Shown one piece after another: positions 20,582 to 31,200 of a stretch of DNA of 64,000 nucleotides. The position numbers and the translations under genes are program-made. The DNA comes from a virus: positions 41,465-105,464 of the IMG/VR virus record IMGVR_UViG_3300031952_000005; one strand, written 5' to 3'. Within the stretch, counting starts at the first letter, position 1, and the number at the start of each line of letters is the position of its first letter. A model generated the notes under the pieces. It searched no databases. It was not told where the DNA came from and saw only the letters and a list, made by a program, of their open reading frames with translations.

Positions 20582-22195
20582 TTAATTGATGAATTCAATT
20601 TCTGCACCATCTTGCATAAGTTGCAATAGTTCATCTTCTGATACTTGATATTCACCACCTTGTGCAAATGACTTTTTCATAAAACCACCATATCTGGCAC
20701 TTTGAATAGGTGTTGTCATACCTGGTTGGAAATTTTGAGATGGTCCAACATTAAGTGTGTAATCACCAAATGGATTTGGACTATTATACGCCATACCAAA
20801 ATCAGTATTTCCAGTACGTCTTAACATGTCTTCATATTCTCTTTGTTGTTTTTCCGCTTCTCTTGAACGAATAGTATTGGCAAATGCACCTAACCCTGCT
20901 AGTGATTTTTGTGCATACTCCATTCCATTAAAAGAGTTGTTATTTATGTTATTATTTCTTCTTGCATCACGAATATATTTTTTCTCTAAAGGATTTGTCT
21001 CATAAAGATCATTAGGTTCTTCTGTAATTAATTGCTGTTCATCTAACATGTATTGGTCAGGTACATTATTATTTCCTTGCATTGGCGCAAATTGTGATTC
21101 ATCAATAGTAGAATCTTCATTAGCAGGAATTGCAGGTTTTGGAAATTGTATTTTATTGTTATTAAAAGCATTCAATTGATTGCTGGTCATGTTATCTGTA
21201 TTGAACGGTTGTCCAAAAGAACGTATAGCATTATTATATTGATTATATGCATCAGCACCTTGCGCTCTTGCAGAAGCATCTACTGTTGTATTTTGTGGAT
21301 ATTCATTTGGATCAGGTGTGTTATTTTGTTGTGCGTATGGTGGTCCTTGAGGATTACTAAATCCAAACTGTGCTTGTGGTAAAACACCACCATAAGCAGC
21401 AACCATAGAATCATACTCACCATTGTACTGTGGTTGTTTTGTAAAATCAGTATTTCTAATTTTGTTATAGTTTATTGAAGGAGCAGGTGTAAGGTTTGGA
21501 GCAGGAATATTATTCATATTATTAATATTTCTATTTCTGTTATAACCTAAGTCAGTACTAAAGTCCACAACATTTCCTAAACTGTTATTTGTATTTTGTA
21601 AAATATTACTACCAGGTTTTATTTTGTTACCAATCCATTGTGCAGCTTTACCATATCCTAAAGCAGCACCTGCTGTAGCACCTACAAGTCCTAGTACACC
21701 AGAAGCGTCATTTAACAGTTTTCCAAATGGTCCTTTTCTTTCTGAAGTAAGCGCGTTGATTGTAGGATTAATATATGGAATACCTTGTCCAAATCCAACT
21801 GCACCACGTGCACCATAAGCACCACCACCTTGATAAGACTCCATCTCTTGAGACTCATCATTATCTGCATATGACATTGGAGCTTCTTGTTGCTGAGGTT
21901 CTTGCATTTGTTGTTGTTGCATTTGTCCAGCACCTTGTTGCACTTCAGCAACCATAGTCTGAATTGCTTGTTGCTGACCATTCTCATCAAGTTCCTGTAA
22001 TTTTTGTACAATCATTTTGGGATCAACACCATGTATCTTTGCATACATAGTAATTAACTGCATGATCTGTTCTTGCTCTCCTCCTTGTTGTGCTTTATGT
22101 AAACCACCATGTTCTAAAACAGTTAATGGATTAGTAAAGTATTCGTATGGTAATACAAATTTATTTTTTTCGCATTCTGTACACTTCTTATTCAT
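20582..22195 (-). CDS. Modular Q/N-rich virion cargo protein (537 aa)
   Basis: Low-complexity Q/N/P segments, a hydrophobic GVLGLVGATAGAALGYG helix, several xxxGG linkers. Confidence 0.55.
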   Translation of the reverse strand: MNKKCTECEKNKFVLPYEYFTNPLTVLEHGGLHKAQQGGEQEQIMQLITMYAKIHGVDPKMIVQKLQELDENGQQQAIQTMVAEVQQGAGQMQQQQMQEPQQQEAPMSYADNDESQEMESYQGGGAYGARGAVGFGQGIPYINPTINALTSERKGPFGKLLNDASGVLGLVGATAGAALGYGKAAQWIGNKIKPGSNILQNTNNSLGNVVDFSTDLGYNRNRNINNMNNIPAPNLTPAPSINYNKIRNTDFTKQPQYNGEYDSMVAAYGGVLPQAQFGFSNPQGPPYAQQNNTPDPNEYPQNTTVDASARAQGADAYNQYNNAIRSFGQPFNTDNMTSNQLNAFNNNKIQFPKPAIPANEDSTIDESQFAPMQGNNNVPDQYMLDEQQLITEEPNDLYETNPLEKKYIRDARRNNNINNNSFNGMEYAQKSLAGLGAFANTIRSREAEKQQREYEDMLRRTGNTDFGMAYNSPNPFGDYTLNVGPSQNFQPGMTTPIQSARYGGFMKKSFAQGGEYQVSEDELLQLMQDGAEIEFIN

Positions 22196-22245
22196 AACAC
22201 AAATTTTTAGTTACATGTTTATTATCACATGATTACATTACTAAT

Positions 22246-24264
22246 TTACAATTTATTTCTTGGATTTATTATGTTTTCTCTATAATATTCATCAAAGGGT
22301 ACAGGACCTCCTACCACTTTTCTTTTCATAAAATCTATAACAGTTTTACCAGGTGCAAGATATTTTGCCATTGATTGTTCATGTGGTAACTTGTTATTGA
22401 CATTTGCATATAACATTCCTCCTAGTTCTTGTATTGCCATTCTATCAAATCCTGTCATATCACTGTAAGGACTTGACAAGTCACCACCATTTTTTTGTTG
22501 TTGTAATGTTGCTGCTCCTACTGCTGCAGGAACCATTGCACCAAGTCCTATTTTATTTAAAGATTTTAATAATGCATTCATATCAAAATCTTCAACTTTT
22601 ACTCCTTTTAAATATTCATGTCCTGTATTCATTAAACTTTGCAGTTTGTTTTTGATTTCAGGAATATCTTTTTCTGTATAAACTCTGTTTCCTTTTATAT
22701 CACCAAGAGATGCTCTTAATTCATTTTGTACTGCAAATGCTTCTTCAGCAGGCATTCCAAAATCATTATTTTTTATCATAGGTTCCCAAGCTGCACTAGC
22801 AATTTTTTCTTCTTGCGGAGTTGCTTTTAATCTTATAGATCTACTATGGGTTGCTTCATGCATTGCATCAGTATAAGCAGATGTTGTTGGAATATTTGAT
22901 GTATTTGCTCTAAATTTATCAACCATTACTACGTCATTCATATCCCCATGATTATTTGCAAGATAGTTACCTCGTGAATTTCCTAACTGTTCTGTTACAT
23001 TTTCAGGATAATCTAAATTACCATTGTTTCTAAATGCCTGATATTCATTGTTTAACACAGGATCATCAATAAATCTTGCTTGTTGATTAGAAACATTAAA
23101 TTCTTGATTAGGTCTAAACTCTTGTAATTTTTGTCTATTAAAAGGTGAGTTTGAAAAAGCTGTAGCATCTGCATTAGCTCTTGCTAACTCTTGTTCTGCA
23201 AGTAACGCTTCTTTTTGTAAAAATGTAGGCGCAGATGATGTTGATATAACAGGTGCTTTTTTACCAAATCCAAACAAGTTTAAATCTATATTACTTGCAT
23301 TACCCATATTTCTTTTAGCATTAAATGCTGTTATATATGGATCTTCTACATATGGTGTGTATGTGTTTATATTTTTAGGTGCAGGAATAACATTACCATT
23401 AGCATCATAAAATATTGTATTTTCTAATTCTTTTGCAGCAGTATATTTACTACCCATAACATTTCTAAACACTTCTTCTTCTCTACTAATACCTGCTTCT
23501 CCTACCTGAGAAAGATATGGTTCTAATCCTTTTGCAGATTCTGCTACATATGGTCGATATTTACCAATTGATTCAGCAATTGAAGGAACTCTGTATTCTC
23601 CTGTAAACGGTAAAACTGTTTTTGAGTTTACAAACTGATTTGCTGCGGAACCAAGTTCTGTTAATGCTTTTTTAACAGGTCTTGCTACATATCCTAATGC
23701 TTGACTAACATAAGGACTTATTACTTCACCTACTGCACCTGCTACCAGTGGTTCACCAATTGCTTCAACGTAAGGCGTATACGAGTCTTCTTGTTGTGCT
23801 CTCAAAGGTGCTTGACCTAGATTTGCTGCCATTTTACCAATCCAACTTGCAGGATTTATGTAATCATCAACCACATTAGGTTCATCAGAAACTCTAAATT
23901 GTGATTCTAAACCTTTTGCAGATTCTGCTATGTTTTCTCTTGTCCAGTTTTCAGGATTTAAAGACACTGCAAACTTTTGATTTAAAGGATTTGCACTAGA
24001 TTTTTTTCTATCAATACCTCTTTGTACACCTGGAACATTTTGTATAGTTCCTTGTTTATCAATTAATGCTTGTACTCTTCTTTGTTCTATCTGTTGCGGT
24101 GTAAGTTGTATACCTACTTTTGGTTTAAAGTTAGGTGTGTTATCTTTAGTAGCAACTGCTATCATTCTTTCATCTCGAGGTACTATTTTACCAAGTTGTG
24201 CTTTTGGTAATTGATTATTAGAAAGAAACTTTTCTAAAATAAACATGTTTCCTTGACGTGCCAT
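22246..24264 (-). CDS. Modular cargo protein with zincin-like metallopeptidase domain (672 aa)
   Basis: AMHEATHS (HExxH) followed by EEAFAVQNELR; GG linkers. Confidence 0.6.
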   Translation of the reverse strand: MARQGNMFILEKFLSNNQLPKAQLGKIVPRDERMIAVATKDNTPNFKPKVGIQLTPQQIEQRRVQALIDKQGTIQNVPGVQRGIDRKKSSANPLNQKFAVSLNPENWTRENIAESAKGLESQFRVSDEPNVVDDYINPASWIGKMAANLGQAPLRAQQEDSYTPYVEAIGEPLVAGAVGEVISPYVSQALGYVARPVKKALTELGSAANQFVNSKTVLPFTGEYRVPSIAESIGKYRPYVAESAKGLEPYLSQVGEAGISREEEVFRNVMGSKYTAAKELENTIFYDANGNVIPAPKNINTYTPYVEDPYITAFNAKRNMGNASNIDLNLFGFGKKAPVISTSSAPTFLQKEALLAEQELARANADATAFSNSPFNRQKLQEFRPNQEFNVSNQQARFIDDPVLNNEYQAFRNNGNLDYPENVTEQLGNSRGNYLANNHGDMNDVVMVDKFRANTSNIPTTSAYTDAMHEATHSRSIRLKATPQEEKIASAAWEPMIKNNDFGMPAEEAFAVQNELRASLGDIKGNRVYTEKDIPEIKNKLQSLMNTGHEYLKGVKVEDFDMNALLKSLNKIGLGAMVPAAVGAATLQQQKNGGDLSSPYSDMTGFDRMAIQELGGMLYANVNNKLPHEQSMAKYLAPGKTVIDFMKRKVVGGPVPFDEYYRENIINPRNKL

Positions 24265-24268
24265 AGTA

Positions 24269-27200
24269 TTATCTTTTCTTTTTAGGTTTAACAGTTACCT
24301 CATTAAGTTCCATTGCACCATCTTCATTAGGTGTCATTTGTCTATACAAATTATTTCTCCAGTTTTGTTCTACTTTGTAAGGATAACTTCCAGGATCTCT
24401 TTGGTATTTTTGTCTCATTTCATCTTCACCACTTTCTGTAAATGCACCTTCTGTAAAATTACTCATTGTTCCTTCATTAAATGGTATATAATCATCATCA
24501 TTTTCCCAAGTAGTTCCAGATGCAATAGAAGAGAATTGATTTCTTAAATAAGGAGAATATCTACCAACACCATCATCTAATGCATTGCTATTAACATCAG
24601 TATATAAATCATCTGTTTGGAATCCTCCAGATGTTGTACCATCTGCATTGACCATCTCTGGTCTAGTAAATCCAAATAAGTTTTTACTAAGTTTATTTTG
24701 TTCACCCCAGTTCTCTAAAACTTGTTTATCTTGTAAATCCATTGCAGTCATAAGAGGTAATACTTTTTCCATATTATACAAATCATTTGGTGATTGTATA
24801 CCAAACTTTTGTTTTAACTCAGTAGGAATACTATTAAACTTAATCTGTCCAGGTCCTACTGATAATCTTTTACCACCACCTACTGATGTTAAAACACTTT
24901 CTGCAATGTTTTCTGTAAGTGAACCTAATCCTTTTCCACGTGATGTAGTCCAGTTGTTTTCAGCACCTAGTTCACCAAATACATTTAGTAATGAATCTTG
25001 TATTTCTTCTTTAGACTTACCTGTCTTCTTAACAAGATCATTTACTTTATCATTATCATTTGCAAATAATAAAAACTTATCCATAACATTTTTAGTAGTG
25101 TTATTGTAGTTTTTTGCATTAGGTGATATACTCCATTTATATGACGCTTTAGATGCAGATTCTTTTTTTACAAAATCTTTTTTGTCTTCATAGTTTTGTT
25201 TTTCTTCAGGTGTTAATCCTAGAGGATTTGCATCATTGTATGGATTAACTTTATAAATAGATGCAGAAGGTTCTGTTGATGTTCTTGCACGATCAAGTAA
25301 ATCTGCTACATCACTTTCAGAATATGTTCTTTCTGTTTTCCAAAAATTATCAAAAAATCTAAGTTCACCATTTGCATTTTTACCTAAGTAAATCTGAGCG
25401 TGTCCTGGATAAAAATTACCTTGTTCATTTTTACGATTGTTACGTTGCAACATATCACCTGGTTCAAGATTAGTTATGCCTTTAACACCATATCCATTGT
25501 TTGCAGTAAATCCATACTCTTTTGCATTCTTAGAAAAACTAGTGTTAGACCAATCTATGTTTTTCATTACACCTGCTTCTTTGTACACATCACAAACTCC
25601 ACCAATACAACTGTTAGCAGATTGGTCAAGTGCTACTGCAGCTTTTTTTAAATCATCAGGTACAGCAATATACTTACCAGTTTTGATTCTGTCTTCTGCA
25701 ATTTGCACAACTCGCTGTGCCATTTCTTTAGTGTGAACATTTCTGTCAGAAGGATTAATAACTTCTACTTCTGGTGGTGCCACCATGCTATCCTGTCTTT
25801 GTTTTTTTAGTATTTTTTCTATTAATGCAAGATTCTGTTGCATAGAACCATCTGTTAATCCTTGTGCTCTAGCAGTACTCCATGGTTGACCTGTTAGTTT
25901 TGTGTATTGTTCTGCTACACCATTTCCTGTTGTACCACCAATGTCATAACGCTGGTGTTCACCACCATATTTGTTAGGAGAAACTGTTTTAAAAGCATCA
26001 ACACCTCCAAAGCTTTCCATATTACCCATTCTATTTAAAAGATCAGGTGTCAATATTTCATCACTCATAATAAGAGATTTCAAATAATCAGGATTAGCAG
26101 TTCTAACTTTACCTGTTCTTTCGAAAATTGTATTATTCATTTGATTTTGAAAATCTTGAGCATCAAATGCTTTTGCATTATTCCAGTCAGAAGCCAGTGT
26201 TTTTTTAAACATTGTTGGATTTGTAATATCTTGATGTCCAATATCGCCAAATAAACTTAATTTAGATTTAGTATTTTGATATTGCTCAGGAGTCATAAAT
26301 TTTTCTTGAAAACTGCGAGGTACTAGTTCAGGAAATTTTTTGTCAAATACTATATCAGCATCACTTAAAGGATATTCATCTGCAAATTCAAAATACTTAT
26401 TCCAATAATTTTTTTCTTTTGCTATTTTATCAGCAAGTTCTTTGTCAGTATAAAAATCTTTTTCTGCAACTAATGGTTTTTTACCATATGTTGCTTTAAC
26501 AATTTGTTCATCAACTGCATTGTTAAATGGTTCTACTTCTGAAATACCTCCTTTGTTTGGTAACTCATCCATATATTTCCATTCACCTGTTGGAAAATTT
26601 TGTGTAGCATTACTATCATAAAATACTTTCTCACCGTCAATATTTTCAATAGCATTTGCAAAATCATCTCCTATTTTAGGTATTTTACCTTTGACCATTC
26701 CTTTTGTAAAAAACGGTAGTTTTCTTAAAGAACCTAATTTTGAAAGAGCTTTTTCTTTTGTTAATATTCCTGCACCAATTAAGTTTGCAGGATCTGCAAA
26801 AACATTTAAAAGAGTGTCATCAAGATTTCTACCAAATGCACTAGGACTATCAAACCATCCTTCCTTGGTATTATGTCCCCATGCTTCAGAAGGATCTTGA
26901 ACTTTACCAGTTGTTGCATAAGTAAGAGCATGCTGTCCAACAGATGCAGGGTATTTTACTACACTACCTATTGCTCCTAATAAACCATCATCTGCATTAT
27001 CTTTTAAATACTTATCTCTAGACTGTTCCCAGAATCCTCTAGGTCTTTTATAGTTATTCTGTATAGTAACTTCATCAAGTAGTATTGGAGAACGTTGTCC
27101 ATCTTCTGTTACAACCTCACCTCTGTTATATGCTTTTTCATATTCTGGTGTACCATATTTTACTGTTCCTGCTTTTTGATACTTATTACTAACAGACATT

Positions 27201-28285
27201 ACATCTGCATTCTTAAACCAGTTACCTGTGTAGTTTCCACCATTTTGCATTATCTTATTTTCATTACCACATTTGTGACAAGTACTAACATCATTACCAC
27301 CATCTGCAGCTTTCCATAACCAACCACAATTAGAACACTTAATAGTCTTATTAAGTAATCCACCATACTTTGCAATAGGCATTTCAGATTGATCATTGTT
27401 CTGAGCAATGTTATTCATTAACCATATAAGATCTTCATCAGAATAATTTTCTAATGCTCTGTTTTTACGACCAGTATTTTTTAACTGATTAAGATGTTCT
27501 TGTGTAAACTCTTCATAACCAGGATTATAGATACCAAGTTTTGCAGCTTCATATTGTAATGCTTTTTGATCAGCATAATTTTCATCTGCTCCTCTTGACA
27601 TTTTATTATTTTTGTTTCTTGATTGTAGTTCATTATAATCATATTGATTATAATATGGTACATTACTTCCAATGATAGAATCACTTGAGTCTAATACAGA
27701 ATGTCCAAACTCATGTGCAAGTACACTGTCATTATCATTTGGTAAAATAGATTTATCTTTTGTAACCCATTGTTTAAGATCTCTATTAGGTGAATGATGT
27801 ATAGTATTACTACCAGTATTATAATAAGAACCATCTCTATTTTCATCAAGTTTGTATTTAGTTCTGTTTACATTTGCTTGTCTTCGTTCTAATACTTTCT
27901 CAACATCTTTGTAACCTGACTTTTCTAAATTCTCTTTATATAAAGGTGATTCTATATATTTATTAAACCATGTTTTTACATTATTAAATTCTTCTTGTGG
28001 TCCACCTTCTTGAGCAATAGGCATTTCTACTACACGCGTACCAGGATACTGATATTTTTGTCCAGGAAACATTTGTTGCTTATTACCAAATTCATCCATA
28101 CCTATAAGAGGAGTACTTACGCCTTGCATAGTTATAGATGTACCTTGTGGTGTACCATAAATAGTATTACTAGGATTGTTTCTGTAAGGAGAATCATCCT
28201 TGTAACCTTGCATAGAAATATCCTGTTTTACTTTTTCATTTTGTCCAGTTATGAACTTCATCAAAATTTCTCTATTACCACTCAT
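24269..28285 (-). CDS. Modular cargo protein (1338 aa): zincin, zinc ribbon, NlpC/P60-like amidase and lysozyme-like domains
   Basis: LAHEFGHS...DENYAD; CSNCG...CHKCG; NSCIGGVC...PGD...GHAQIYLG; GAENNW...SVGPGQI. Confidence 0.65.
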   Translation of the reverse strand: MSGNREILMKFITGQNEKVKQDISMQGYKDDSPYRNNPSNTIYGTPQGTSITMQGVSTPLIGMDEFGNKQQMFPGQKYQYPGTRVVEMPIAQEGGPQEEFNNVKTWFNKYIESPLYKENLEKSGYKDVEKVLERRQANVNRTKYKLDENRDGSYYNTGSNTIHHSPNRDLKQWVTKDKSILPNDNDSVLAHEFGHSVLDSSDSIIGSNVPYYNQYDYNELQSRNKNNKMSRGADENYADQKALQYEAAKLGIYNPGYEEFTQEHLNQLKNTGRKNRALENYSDEDLIWLMNNIAQNNDQSEMPIAKYGGLLNKTIKCSNCGWLWKAADGGNDVSTCHKCGNENKIMQNGGNYTGNWFKNADVMSVSNKYQKAGTVKYGTPEYEKAYNRGEVVTEDGQRSPILLDEVTIQNNYKRPRGFWEQSRDKYLKDNADDGLLGAIGSVVKYPASVGQHALTYATTGKVQDPSEAWGHNTKEGWFDSPSAFGRNLDDTLLNVFADPANLIGAGILTKEKALSKLGSLRKLPFFTKGMVKGKIPKIGDDFANAIENIDGEKVFYDSNATQNFPTGEWKYMDELPNKGGISEVEPFNNAVDEQIVKATYGKKPLVAEKDFYTDKELADKIAKEKNYWNKYFEFADEYPLSDADIVFDKKFPELVPRSFQEKFMTPEQYQNTKSKLSLFGDIGHQDITNPTMFKKTLASDWNNAKAFDAQDFQNQMNNTIFERTGKVRTANPDYLKSLIMSDEILTPDLLNRMGNMESFGGVDAFKTVSPNKYGGEHQRYDIGGTTGNGVAEQYTKLTGQPWSTARAQGLTDGSMQQNLALIEKILKKQRQDSMVAPPEVEVINPSDRNVHTKEMAQRVVQIAEDRIKTGKYIAVPDDLKKAAVALDQSANSCIGGVCDVYKEAGVMKNIDWSNTSFSKNAKEYGFTANNGYGVKGITNLEPGDMLQRNNRKNEQGNFYPGHAQIYLGKNANGELRFFDNFWKTERTYSESDVADLLDRARTSTEPSASIYKVNPYNDANPLGLTPEEKQNYEDKKDFVKKESASKASYKWSISPNAKNYNNTTKNVMDKFLLFANDNDKVNDLVKKTGKSKEEIQDSLLNVFGELGAENNWTTSRGKGLGSLTENIAESVLTSVGGGKRLSVGPGQIKFNSIPTELKQKFGIQSPNDLYNMEKVLPLMTAMDLQDKQVLENWGEQNKLSKNLFGFTRPEMVNADGTTSGGFQTDDLYTDVNSNALDDGVGRYSPYLRNQFSSIASGTTWENDDDYIPFNEGTMSNFTEGAFTESGEDEMRQKYQRDPGSYPYKVEQNWRNNLYRQMTPNEDGAMELNEVTVKPKKKR

Positions 28286-31200
28286 TATCTTGGACTTATT
28301 AAATATTTATTATTCACAAATTTAAGAATCATTTTCTTATCTGCACTAACAGTTTTACGTAAAATTACTTTGTTACCATAGTGTCTGAACTTTTTATGTT
28401 CCAGTGGACTCTTTGCATAATTCAAATATGCAGCATTTAAATCTTTATGATATCCATCTGGTTGTGTAATCCACATAGGTATTGTGTTACCAGTAAACTC
28501 TCCTCTGTCATTAGTAACATCATAAAACTGATTGAATCTAAACTTGTTTTCTTCTTTACTAAATAGTATATCAATTGAATCTATGTTAACTACTGGATAG
28601 TTTAATAATGCAAATGGATTATTTTTTGGTTTTACATTTAGTTTTAACAGTCCACTATTTTGTTCTGAGTTATAAATAATTGCTCTGTCAAAATTTACAT
28701 CAAGAACATGATTAAAATCTTTACCATTATTATAATACTTATACGCATCAAGAGTGTACTCAAAATTTCTTAACGTGGTAATTGTATTTGGTGTAACAAC
28801 AGGATACTCAACTTCCCATGGATAATCATCACCATAGTAATTTGCAAAACTATCTGTTCTTACATTGTGTCTCCAAATTTTTGTTACATCTTCCTCTTCT
28901 TCAACAAGTGTTTTAATAGTAAGAAAATGATTGTAAGATGGTATTAACCATTCAGGATGCCAGTCATGAAATGATAACCATATTTTTAGTTTTGGATCAT
29001 AACTAATAGTCCATTCTATTTTTTCAAATGCTGCTGGATTATCAAATGTATATGTTGTAACTACATCATTAATGTTAGTATAAAAAGTATTGTTAAACTC
29101 ATTATACTGCAATGCTTCTATAAGTGGTTTATAATCTTTTTTAGTAAAATATAATAAATCATATTGTGAATCAAATATTGCTTGTGCAGAAATACCTTCT
29201 ATAACATTATCGTATAGTTTATAGTTTGGAAACTTTTTTAACAATGGTGATGGTAAGTTTTCTAAGAACCAGTACTTCATATCGTTTTTAGATATTTCAT
29301 CTAGTACACTTCCTGTAAAATTAATTATCTTACCAGTTTTCTGAGAAACCCAGAATAATCCATAAGGTGTGTTAACTGCAGATTTACTAGATATACATGT
29401 ACCATATTCAAATGCGTCATCTGCATTAACAAGTGACTGCATGTTTTGCTGAAATAACCCTGCATCACCAATAGTATATTTTACACCACCTTGTGATTGG
29501 AAAGTATCAACACCCACAAATTGTGTTGGTTCAATATCTTCAAACAAAATAACAGCACCTTGTGCGTTTAATGTTTTTATAACATTTACTTTTCCTTCAA
29601 AGTCTCTGTAGTTATTCTGTAAATAATTTCTCCAGTTGTCGCGTTTAAGTCCTTCTTGTTGTTGTAATGAATACACAACTCTCCTTGGGTAGTATTGGAA
29701 ACAACTTGTATAGATGGCAGGATCATAGTCCCTTGGAAGTATATTTCCCCAGGAAGCAAAGTTGCTGTACAACTTGGATGCGCTAAGTGATAAGTCATAT
29801 TCATAGTATATTGGTCTTGTTATTAAATCACTTCTGAACATAGTATCTAAATCAGTAAATGAGTTACCAACAGAATCATAAAACTTTTCCCATGGTTCTT
29901 CACCATAATCTCTAAATGCAACATTCAATTCTGATTCTGTAAAGAAATCTCTTACACCATTAAATGATAAGTACATCCATGCATTATAAAAACTAAGACT
30001 AAATGCTGGAATACTACTTGTGTTAACTCTACCACGCTCATCTAATTTATATAAATCTGCAGGAGTACCAAAATTAAATTCTGGAACAATTAATAATTTC
30101 CATGTAATTGAAATGTTAAAATCAGATGAATCGTAAAGAGATGAATCTAACCAGTAAGTTGGTATTGGTCCATTACGATAATTATCATAATTCCATTCTG
30201 TACCATTTGGCACGTCTATTAACCATGTATTGTAAAAATAATAAACATTTTTTTCAGTATATCTGTTAATATAAACGTCACCTCCTAATATTTGTGAAGT
30301 CGCATGTTGTCTATTTACAGTACCAATAGTATTATATACACACGACTGCACAGGTATTTGAACAATAGCATGTAATTGACCATACTGATTTTCATAATCA
30401 ACTTTTATGGCACCATAATATGATGCAACATTTCTAGTATAAATTTTTGAAATGCTACTTGGATCATCTAATAATGATTTTGATGAATCAATAGTATTTG
30501 TAAAGTTAATATCTGTTGTTGTTTGTAACGCAAGAAATTTATTTCTATTAACATTGTTTATTCTTTGTATACTATTAAAATCTTGTAATCCAGAACCAAC
30601 ATATTTTGCTCCTTGTGGTACAACAGGTCTTGTAATTGATGGTTGTAATGCGCTTGGAACATTTGTATTAACAACACCTGTAAAACTATTATAAAAAGCA
30701 TGACTATTTAATTGTACAACATAATCTCTATATTTAATAACACCATATAATATGTCTATTAATGACGCCAATGTTTGTGTAAATACACTATTAGCTGCTG
30801 CTGCTGCTGCCCAAACTGAACTAATTAATCCAACAGCTGCTCCAAGACCAACTGCGCCTGAAAATGCAGCATTTGCTGCTGTAACAAGTTTACTATTAGT
30901 AATTGTATCTACAATGTTACCAACTCCCCCTTGTGTTGTTGTAGAAAAAGTATTATCATAATTAATAACAGGATTTCTAGTAATCATATTGGTATCACCT
31001 AAATAAGTTCCAGTACCTGATACCCAAGGAAGACTGATAGTAACCACATCTAATTCTCCTGAAGGTCCTGTTGTGTGTCCTGTAGTAGTAGATGATGTTG
31101 CTTGTTCTCCAAACAATGCTAAAACAGCAAGTCCTGTTGCATATGCTACAGAAGATGTAAATGCACCTTCGTTTATAAATTTAAATTTAGGATGTTGATA

